Source: an uncultured Chitinophagales bacterium (lineage in GTDB: Bacteria > Bacteroidota > Bacteroidia > Chitinophagales > S012-47). Taken from it: DNA of 64,000 nt. The stretch covers positions 675-64,674 of the forward strand of contig CAYRDC010000015.1 of NCBI GenBank assembly GCA_964422925.1, given 5' to 3'. Shown in pieces: positions 56,538 through 64,000 of the stretch. Numbering within the stretch: position 1 is the first letter of the stretch; each line of letters begins with the position of its first letter. Made by a program: the position numbers and the translations under genes. A model generated the notes under the pieces. It ran no database searches and had not been told where the DNA came from. It worked only from the letters and a program-made list of their open reading frames with translations.

Positions 56538-57812
56538 ATGAAAAGGGTCATTTTTATTTTTTGGATCGCTTGTACCCGGATTTTGCCCGGGCAGGAGCTG
56601 CAGATTAGCTTATCGCAGGCTTATGACATGGCCATGGGCCAGCGGCCGGCAGCATTGGTACCGGGGCTGTTGCGCGAATCAGCAGGAGCCCGGCAGGAAG
56701 CGTTGGGAACTGCCTATATGCCCCAGCTCAGCCTGGCCGGACGGGCCACTTACCAAACCGATGTCATCAGTATTCCGGAGCTGTTTCCCGGCATGCCGGG
56801 TTTTGAAATATCCAACGACCAGTACCGGGCTACACTGGATGTGCAACAGCTCCTGTGGGATGGCGGCCGCGTAAAGGCCGCTCAAAACCTGATACGCACT
56901 GAAGCCGAGACCACCATTGCAGAGCAGGAGGTGACCTTGCAGGGTGTCAGGAAGCAAGTGAACCAGGCGGTAATAAGCCAGTACCTCGTTCAGGCCCAGA
57001 TGGAATCCTTGCGTACGATTAAGCAAACCCTGCTGGCCCGGAAAAAACAACTGCAATCCGCTTTTGAAAACGGTATTGTCCCTTCAGCGGAACTGGATCG
57101 TATTGAAGTAGAGATTCTGCAAATTACCCAGCAGCTCCGGTCGCTGGAAGGAAATCGACAGGCCGCGCGCAGGAGCCTGAATCATTTACTCGGGTTGCCG
57201 GATTCTGCCCGGGTTATTGTGCGCGCGGATTTTTCAGAAATTCCTGAGTCAGCCGGTTATGCCGGGCGTGCGGAGCAACAGGTTTTCACAAACCGCCTCC
57301 ATTTCCTGGATGCACAAAGCGACCTGAGTCAGAAAAGCCGTTATCCGAAAGTGGCTGCCTTTGTGCAGAGCGGCTACGGGCGGCCGGGGCTGAACCTGCT
57401 GGACGACAGCTTCCAACCCTGGGCGGTGGCCGGAGTCACTTTTTCCTGGCAATTATGGGACTGGGGTAAATCCAGGAAAGAAGCCCAAGCCATTGCGCTG
57501 CAGAAGGAAGTGGTCCGCCAGCAACAACTCGACTTTGAGCACAACCTGGAAACCGCCCGCGTCTCCCTGCTGGCCCGTATGGATGCCCTGAAAAATAACC
57601 TGGCAACAGATGATTCGATCATTCAGTTGCAGCAAAACATCAGGCAAAGCGAGACCGAACGGCTGGAGCAGGGGATAAGCCTAACAGCCGATTATATAGC
57701 TGCCGTCCAGGCTGAAAAAAAAGCCCGGCTTCAGAAGAATTTGCATGAAGCACAGTTGATGGAACTGCAGCTCGAATACCTCAATTTACTTGGATTACCG
57801 AAAATCAACTAA
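56538..57812 (+). CDS. TolC-family outer-membrane efflux protein
   Basis: YMPQLSLAGRATYQ, VQQLLWDGG, YPKVAAFVQSGYGRPG. Confidence 0.9.
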   Translation: MKRVIFIFWIACTRILPGQELQISLSQAYDMAMGQRPAALVPGLLRESAGARQEALGTAYMPQLSLAGRATYQTDVISIPELFPGMPGFEISNDQYRATLDVQQLLWDGGRVKAAQNLIRTEAETTIAEQEVTLQGVRKQVNQAVISQYLVQAQMESLRTIKQTLLARKKQLQSAFENGIVPSAELDRIEVEILQITQQLRSLEGNRQAARRSLNHLLGLPDSARVIVRADFSEIPESAGYAGRAEQQVFTNRLHFLDAQSDLSQKSRYPKVAAFVQSGYGRPGLNLLDDSFQPWAVAGVTFSWQLWDWGKSRKEAQAIALQKEVVRQQQLDFEHNLETARVSLLARMDALKNNLATDDSIIQLQQNIRQSETERLEQGISLTADYIAAVQAEKKARLQKNLHEAQLMELQLEYLNLLGLPKIN

Positions 57813-57813
57813 C

Positions 57814-58707
57814 ATGAAGAAAACTAATCAGGCCCTGCTGGTTGTCACACTGGTATGGCTGCCGGCTTGCCAGTCGCAGCAACATGAGGCGGATGCCTAT
57901 GGCAATTTTGAAGCTACGGAGATCAATGTGTCGGCCGAAGTAGCAGGTAGGATATTGTACCTGGACGCGGAGGAAGGCTTGCCCTTGGATTCCGGGCAGG
58001 TGGTCGGCCTGGTGGATACCATGCCCCTGCACCTGCAACTGGAACAGCTAAAAGCCAACCGTCAGGCCATTGCGGCCCAATCAGAACCCGTAGTGGCCCA
58101 AATGGATGTATATGAAACCCGGCTTGCCCATCTGAAATCGGAATTAGCCCGTTTTCAGAAACTGCTGGCCTCGGGGGCAGCTACCCAAAAACAGGTGGAT
58201 GACCTCGCCAGCCAGGTGGAGGTTACGGAAAGCCAGATCAAAAGCATTGCCGCTCAGCACGCGCCTATCATCAGCCAGGTGAGGGCAGTGGATGCCCAGA
58301 TGGCATCACTCCGCGATAAGATTAACCGCTGTCGCATCGTGAATCCCTCAGCAGGCACGGTGCTGGTCAAGCTGGCTGAACCGGGCGAACTGGCCGCGCC
58401 AGGCAAAGCGCTTTACCGCCTTGCCCGGCTCGACTATTTGTATCTGCGGGCCTATGCTTCCGGAGCCCAGCTGGCTTCCTTTGCCATAGGCGATACGGTC
58501 AGGGTTTGGATCGACAAAGACCGCAAAACCGACCAGTCGCTCCAGGGGCGTATTACCTGGGTTTCTTCCGAAGCCGAGTTTACCCCCAAAATCGTTCAAA
58601 CCAAGGAAGAACGGGTGGACATGGTGTATGCCTTTAAAGTCCGGGTCGAAAATGACGGAAGGTTGAAAATCGGGATGCCGGGCGAAGTGGAATTCCTGAA
58701 AAAATAA
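57814..58707 (+). CDS. HlyD-family efflux adaptor lipoprotein
   Basis: Lipobox LPAC, GNFEATE, AEFTPKIVQT, KIGMPGEV. Confidence 0.92.
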   Translation: MKKTNQALLVVTLVWLPACQSQQHEADAYGNFEATEINVSAEVAGRILYLDAEEGLPLDSGQVVGLVDTMPLHLQLEQLKANRQAIAAQSEPVVAQMDVYETRLAHLKSELARFQKLLASGAATQKQVDDLASQVEVTESQIKSIAAQHAPIISQVRAVDAQMASLRDKINRCRIVNPSAGTVLVKLAEPGELAAPGKALYRLARLDYLYLRAYASGAQLASFAIGDTVRVWIDKDRKTDQSLQGRITWVSSEAEFTPKIVQTKEERVDMVYAFKVRVENDGRLKIGMPGEVEFLKK

Positions 58708-58712
58708 CGGTT

Positions 58713-59630
58713 TTGATACAGCTCGAAAAAGTAAGCAAGCAGTATGGTAAGGTCAGGGCGCTGCAGGATGTGAGTTTTACGGTGGAAACCGGAACACTCT
58801 TTGGACTGATCGGGCCGGATGGAGCGGGAAAAACCACGTTGTTCCGGATCCTGGCCACCCTGATCCTGCCGGACAGCGGCAGGGTATCGGTTCTCGGCCT
58901 TGACCCGGTGAAAGATTACCGCGCCCTGAGGCTGAAGCTGGGGTACATGCCCGGGCGATTCAGCCTTTACCCGGACCTGACCGTCCGCGAAAATCTGGAC
59001 TTCTATGCACGGGTCTTCGGAACTACTGTCCGCGAAAATTACAATCTGGTGCGCCCGGTGTATCATATGCTGGAACCGTTTGAGAACCGCAGGGCCGGGC
59101 AGTTATCGGGCGGCATGAAGCAGAAGTTGGCACTTTCCTGCGCCCTTATACACCGGCCGGAGGTTTTATTGCTGGACGAGCCAACCACCGGGGTGGACGC
59201 GGTTTCCCGCAAGGAATTCTGGGATTTGTTGCAGGAGATTCGGCAAACCGGCATTACCATATTAGTTTCCACGCCTTACATGGACGAAGCCACCCGCTGC
59301 CAGCGCGTGGCCCTTTTCCAGGAAGGCCGCATTTTGGCGGTTGACACACCGGCAGGTATCATGAAGTCGTTTCCGCGGCCGCTTTACGGGCTGCGTACCG
59401 ACAATACCTACAGTCTGCTGGAAACCTTGCGCCAGTGGCCGGGCGCCCGTTCAGTGCATCTTTTTGGTGATTCTGTCCATTTATCGGCTGACCGGCAGCC
59501 GGAAGAAATGGAAGAATTACACCGCTGGCTGAAGGCAAGAGGCTTGGCGGATGTAGAAATTCAGTCTCTGGATTCCGGCATTGAAGATTGTTTTCTCGAA
59601 CTGCTGGCTAAACACAACGGACATGGCTGA
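58713..59630 (+). CDS. ABC transporter ATP-binding protein
   Basis: GPDGAGKT, LSGGM, LLLDEPTTG. Confidence 0.95.
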   Translation: MIQLEKVSKQYGKVRALQDVSFTVETGTLFGLIGPDGAGKTTLFRILATLILPDSGRVSVLGLDPVKDYRALRLKLGYMPGRFSLYPDLTVRENLDFYARVFGTTVRENYNLVRPVYHMLEPFENRRAGQLSGGMKQKLALSCALIHRPEVLLLDEPTTGVDAVSRKEFWDLLQEIRQTGITILVSTPYMDEATRCQRVALFQEGRILAVDTPAGIMKSFPRPLYGLRTDNTYSLLETLRQWPGARSVHLFGDSVHLSADRQPEEMEELHRWLKARGLADVEIQSLDSGIEDCFLELLAKHNGHG

Positions 59631-60345
59631 ACCTGTAATCTACACCCGGGAACTGACCCGGAAATTCGGTGCTTTCACGGCCGTTGACCGGATCAGCTTT
59701 GAAGTGGAAAAAGGAGAAATTTTTGGATTCCTGGGAGCTAATGGAGCCGGGAAAACCACCGCCATTCGCATGCTCTGCGGGTTGTTAAAACCCACAAGTG
59801 GTGAAGCAGTGGTAGCCGGCTGGGACATACGCAGGCACCCGAACCGGGTCAAACAGCGAATCGGTTACATGAGTCAGCGGTTTTCACTCTATGAAGACCT
59901 GACAGTAAAGGAAAATATTTACCTCTACGGGGGGATTTACGGCCTGAAACCCCGGCAGCTTAAAAAGGCCGCTGCCCGACTGGTGGATGAAGTGGGCCTG
60001 GCCGGCCTGGAAAACCGTCTGGTCAGCGACATACCGCTCGGCTGGCGGCAGAAACTGGCCTTTTCCGCAGCCCTCATCCACGAGCCGGATATTGTTTTCC
60101 TGGATGAACCGACCAGTGGAGTGGACCCCATCACACGGAAGCAATTCTGGGAAATGATTTACCGGATTGCTGCACAGGGAACCACTATGTTCATTACCAC
60201 GCATTACATGGATGAGGCCGAGTACTGCAACAGGGTGTCGATCATGTCGGCCGGCAGAATCCAGGCACTCGATACCCCGCTGGCATTAAAGAAACAATTC
60301 AAGGTGCCGGATATGGAAGGTGTATTTATACAATTAGCAAGATGA
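59623..60345 (+). CDS. ABC transporter ATP-binding protein (second NBD)
   Basis: GANGAGKT, degenerate signature IPLGW, FLDEPTSG, TTHYMDE. Confidence 0.93.
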   Translation: MAEPVIYTRELTRKFGAFTAVDRISFEVEKGEIFGFLGANGAGKTTAIRMLCGLLKPTSGEAVVAGWDIRRHPNRVKQRIGYMSQRFSLYEDLTVKENIYLYGGIYGLKPRQLKKAAARLVDEVGLAGLENRLVSDIPLGWRQKLAFSAALIHEPDIVFLDEPTSGVDPITRKQFWEMIYRIAAQGTTMFITTHYMDEAEYCNRVSIMSAGRIQALDTPLALKKQFKVPDMEGVFIQLAR

Positions 60346-61457
60346 AAGATCTGAAAAAGCTCTGGGCATTTATTCGAAAGGAGATCCGGCATATCCTCCG
60401 GGACAAACGGACTTTGCTGATCCTTTTTGGAATTCCGGTAGTCCAGGTCATTTTATTTGGCTTTGCCATAACGACCGACCTGAACGAAGCCCCGGTGTCA
60501 ATAAATGATCAGGCAAAGGATAATGTTACGCTTGAAATACGGAATGCTTTGCTGTCTTCCGGTTACTTCCGCCTGGTTAGCGACCTTGAATCGCCCGGAC
60601 AGGTAGAAAAGGCTTTCCGGAAAGGAGAAACCCGCATGGTCATTGAGTTTGCCCCGGATTTTTACCACAACATGCTGACAGGCCAGGGCGCGCAGATTTT
60701 CCTGGCAGCTGATGCCTCCGATCCCAATGTGGCCAATATGCTGGTGGCTTATGCCAGTGGAATTATCCTGAAATACCAGCAGCAACAGCTGGAGACGGCA
60801 GGTACTCTTCCGGGCATTACCTCGGAAGTCCGCATGTATTTCAACCCGGCCATGAAAAGCGTGTTTATGTTCGTGCCCGGGGTCATGACCGTCATCCTCA
60901 TGCTCATTTCCGCTATGATGACTTCTATAGCCATCACCCGTGAAAAAGAACAGGGCACCATGGAGGTCCTGCTGGTGTCACCGGTCCGGCCGGCACAGAT
61001 CATCCTGGGCAAGGTGATTACCTATTTTCTGCTGGCGCTAATCAATGCCATCACCATTGTAGTGCTGGGTTACCTGGTTTTCGGCATGCCGGTTATGGGA
61101 AGCCTTTGGCTACTCACTGTGGAAACCATGCTCTTTATCATCGTGTCTCTTTCGCTGGGAATCCTGGTTTCAACGGTAGCCAAAACGCAGCAGGTAGCTC
61201 TCATGATTTCCCTGATCGCCTTCATGCTGCCCACTATCATGCTCTCGGGCTTTATTTTTCCAATTGAAAACATGCCGAAGCTGCTCCAGGGAATTTCACT
61301 CATCATCCCGGCCCGCTGGTTCCTGGTCATCATCAAGGATATCATGCTGAAAGGGGCCGGCATTGCCTTTTTCTGGAAAGAAACGCTCATCCTGGGCGTG
61401 ATGGCGGTGATCCTGCTCTCTGTCAGTATTAAAAAACTCAAAATCAGGTTGCAGTAA
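60342..61457 (+). CDS. ABC-2 type permease (YbhS-like)
   Basis: LLILFGIP, FVPG, REKEQGTME, LSGFIFPIENMP. Confidence 0.92.
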   Translation: MKDLKKLWAFIRKEIRHILRDKRTLLILFGIPVVQVILFGFAITTDLNEAPVSINDQAKDNVTLEIRNALLSSGYFRLVSDLESPGQVEKAFRKGETRMVIEFAPDFYHNMLTGQGAQIFLAADASDPNVANMLVAYASGIILKYQQQQLETAGTLPGITSEVRMYFNPAMKSVFMFVPGVMTVILMLISAMMTSIAITREKEQGTMEVLLVSPVRPAQIILGKVITYFLLALINAITIVVLGYLVFGMPVMGSLWLLTVETMLFIIVSLSLGILVSTVAKTQQVALMISLIAFMLPTIMLSGFIFPIENMPKLLQGISLIIPARWFLVIIKDIMLKGAGIAFFWKETLILGVMAVILLSVSIKKLKIRLQ

Positions 61458-61459
61458 TT

Positions 61460-62566
61460 ATGCGCAGAATAAAGTTTTTATTGAAAAAGGAGTTTTTGCA
61501 GGTTTTCCGGAACCGGGCTATCCTTCCCATTGTCTTTATTTTGCCGGTAATCCAGCTGCTGATCCTGGCGCACGCAGCCACCTATGAAATCCGGAATATA
61601 AGCCTCACCATTGTGGACAACGACAACAGCCAGTTATCCAGGCAGTTGGCCGGGCATTTTGATGCCTCTCCCTATTTTATCCTGGATGAACCGGCAGCGC
61701 CTGGTAAATCCCTCGACAGGTTGTACAGCGACCGGGCTGACATGGTTTTGCATATCCCAAATCATTTTGAAAGGGATTTGCTCAGGGACAGAAATGCCAA
61801 AGTCTTATTCTCTATCAATGCGATCAACAGTTCCAAAGCGGCTGTCGCCTATAACTATGCGCAGAGCATCCTGCAACAGTTTAACCGGCAAATTCTTGCT
61901 GAGTGGTCTGATGCCCCGGCCATGGCCGCGATCCGGATTACCTTTGCCAACTGGTTCAATCCGGAACTCAATTACATAACCTATATGGTTCCCGGAATCC
62001 TCGTGCTGCTGGTAACGATTATCGGTATGTTCCTGTCGAGCATAAACATTGTGCGGGAAAAAGAAATGGGCACCATAGAACAGATCAATGTAACACCTGT
62101 TTCGAAGGGAATATTCATCATCGGCAAGCTCACTCCGTTCTGGGTTATCGCAATGATAGAGCTGGTGTTCGGAATGGCCATAGCCAAATTGTTTTTCCGG
62201 ATTCCCATAGAAGGCAGCCTGGGATTGATATTTGCCTTTGCTGCTGTGTATTTACTGGTGGTCCTCGGGTTGGGATTGCTGATATCCACCGTTTCCGAGA
62301 CCCAGTACCAGGCCATGTTCCTTACCTGGTTTTTTATGGTGGTCTTTATATTGATGAGCGGCTTGTTGACCCCGATTGAAAGCATGCCCACATGGGCCCA
62401 GGAGCTTACCAGGATTAACCCCATTGCCTATTTTGTCCGGATTATACGTATGGTAATGCTGAAAGGAAGCGCCTTCAGCGATATAGCGCATGATTTCCTG
62501 TTTATCAGCATCTTTGCCGTTGTTGTGAATCTGCTGGCTGTCATTAATTACCGGAAAACCGTTTAA
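61460..62566 (+). CDS. ABC-2 type permease (YbhR-like)
   Basis: PVIQLLIL, MVPG, REKEMGTIEQ, SGLLTPIESMP. Confidence 0.92.
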   Translation: MRRIKFLLKKEFLQVFRNRAILPIVFILPVIQLLILAHAATYEIRNISLTIVDNDNSQLSRQLAGHFDASPYFILDEPAAPGKSLDRLYSDRADMVLHIPNHFERDLLRDRNAKVLFSINAINSSKAAVAYNYAQSILQQFNRQILAEWSDAPAMAAIRITFANWFNPELNYITYMVPGILVLLVTIIGMFLSSINIVREKEMGTIEQINVTPVSKGIFIIGKLTPFWVIAMIELVFGMAIAKLFFRIPIEGSLGLIFAFAAVYLLVVLGLGLLISTVSETQYQAMFLTWFFMVVFILMSGLLTPIESMPTWAQELTRINPIAYFVRIIRMVMLKGSAFSDIAHDFLFISIFAVVVNLLAVINYRKTV

Positions 62567-62623
62567 CCCCGGTTTTGCAGAACAAAATCCGGTGATTCGG
62601 CATTATATAATTGCGTGAAACGT

Positions 62624-62668
62624 GGTGACTTAGATCACTTGAAAACCAAGTATCTCTTTTTACATTTG
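62624..62668 (+). promoter_or_regulatory. GTGA-N6-TCAC (CRP/FNR-like) box at 62625-62638 and -7 box TACATTTG at 62661-62668
   Basis: Motifs read directly upstream of gltA. Confidence 0.4.
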
Positions 62669-62703
62669 GAGCAGCAGAATTTGTCAACAAAAAAATATAT
62701 ACA

Positions 62704-63993
62704 ATGAGTCACACAGCCAAAATCGAAGCCAACGGCCATGTAATTGAACTACCTGTCATTGAGGGATCGGAACATGAGCTGGGGATTGATATATCCAAGC
62801 TTCGCGGCCAGAGCGGCCTGATCACGGTAGATCCCGGGTTTAAAAACACCGGTTCCACTACCAGCGCCATTACATTTTTAAACGGGGAAGAAGGCATTCT
62901 TCGCTACCGGGGATATCCCATTCAGCAGCTGGCTGAAAAATCCTCCTTCCTGGAAGTAGCTTATTTGCTCATTTTCGGAGAGTTGCCCAATAAGCAGCAG
63001 CATGACGAGTGGGTGAATGACATAAAACATCATACCCTCGTGAATGAGGATATGAAAAAATTCTTTGAAGGCTATCCTTCCAGTGCGCATCCAATGGGAA
63101 TGCTGGCTTCCATGGTATGTTCCCTCTCGGCTTATTACCCGGAATCTCTGAATCCGAACCAAACCGAGGAGGAACAGTTGTTGACCATCAAGCGCTTGCT
63201 GGCCAAGATGCCTACCCTGGTCGCATGGATTCATAAAAAATCGCATGGACATCCGTTTATCTATCCGGATAACTCGCTGGATTATGTTTCCAATTTCATG
63301 AAGATGACCTTTGGGTATCCTACGGAAGCATACGAAGTGGATCCGGTCAGCGTGGAAGCCATGAACAAACTACTGATCCTTCATGCTGATCATGAGCAAA
63401 ACTGCTCAACTTCGACTGTCCGGATGGTAGGTTCATCGCAGGCTAACCTCTATGCTTCCATTGCTGCCGGCATTACGGCATTGTGGGGCCCGCTACACGG
63501 AGGTGCCAACCAGAAAGTGATTGAAATGCTGGAAGCTATTAAAGCTGACGGAGGCGATGTGCAGAAATACATTGCCAAGGCAAAAGATAAGAATGATCCG
63601 TTCCGCCTGATGGGCTTCGGACACCGGGTTTACAAGAATTTTGACCCGAGGGCACAGATTATCAAATCCTCGGCTGACCAGGTGCTTGGTAAACTGGGTG
63701 TTGCGGATCCCGTACTGGATATTGCCAAAACCCTGGAGGAAACAGCATTGCAAGATGAATACTTCATCGAAAGGAAATTATTCCCCAATGTCGATTTCTA
63801 TTCAGGCATTATTTACCGGGCCTTGGGATTCCCGGTACAGATGTTTACCGTTCTGTTCGCGCTTGGTCGCCTGCCCGGGTGGATTGCCCAATGGAAGGAA
63901 ATGCTCGATCAAAAGCAACCCATTGGCCGTCCACGGCAGATTTATACCGGCCCGGGTATAAGGGATTATGTGCCAATGGAACAACGTGGTTAA
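62704..63993 (+). CDS. gltA: Citrate synthase
   Basis: LRYRGY, HADHEQNCST, GPLHGGAN, GFGHRVYK, PNVDFYSG. Confidence 0.98.
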   Translation: MSHTAKIEANGHVIELPVIEGSEHELGIDISKLRGQSGLITVDPGFKNTGSTTSAITFLNGEEGILRYRGYPIQQLAEKSSFLEVAYLLIFGELPNKQQHDEWVNDIKHHTLVNEDMKKFFEGYPSSAHPMGMLASMVCSLSAYYPESLNPNQTEEEQLLTIKRLLAKMPTLVAWIHKKSHGHPFIYPDNSLDYVSNFMKMTFGYPTEAYEVDPVSVEAMNKLLILHADHEQNCSTSTVRMVGSSQANLYASIAAGITALWGPLHGGANQKVIEMLEAIKADGGDVQKYIAKAKDKNDPFRLMGFGHRVYKNFDPRAQIIKSSADQVLGKLGVADPVLDIAKTLEETALQDEYFIERKLFPNVDFYSGIIYRALGFPVQMFTVLFALGRLPGWIAQWKEMLDQKQPIGRPRQIYTGPGIRDYVPMEQRG

Positions 63994-64000
63994 CGGTTAG

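Noticed and set aside
1-64000. tRNA, rRNA, CRISPR arrays, IS transposases
   Set aside because: None recognised by eye; tRNAscan-SE, barrnap, CRISPRCasFinder and ISEScan would be needed to exclude them formally.

Overview
Chromosomal segment of a Bacteroidota bacterium, inferred from recurrent TAnnTTTG -7 promoter boxes, the bamA-skp-uppS-DUF6089(porG)-nadK cluster, T9SS C-terminal domains and a short carB. Most of it is housekeeping: deoC/ALDH, rluB-like, feoAB, murI, bamA, uppS, nadK, carB, wzx-wzz-waaL-like, hutH, hisS, mnmE, a TetR-TolC-HlyD-ABC efflux operon and gltA. I saw no rRNA, tRNA, CRISPR array or intact integrase/transposase. Highlights: (1) an integrase-less, AT-rich 3.5-kb island (49490-52970) between two 113-bp copies of the mnmE 3' end that differ almost only synonymously (11 of 13 mismatches); (2) two different pairs of tandem palindromes just past that island, one pair covering the promoter and start codon of an AAA_14/DUF4143-like ATPase-nuclease gene; (3) a four-gene SQR-DUF1641-TusE-DsrE sulfur module; (4) a rod-shaped ~190-nt RNA, probably 6S; (5) a WYL regulator with a small TPR-like gene whose promoter carries a CGCA-N7-TGCG palindrome. 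All family assignments come from motif recognition by eye; no database search was run.
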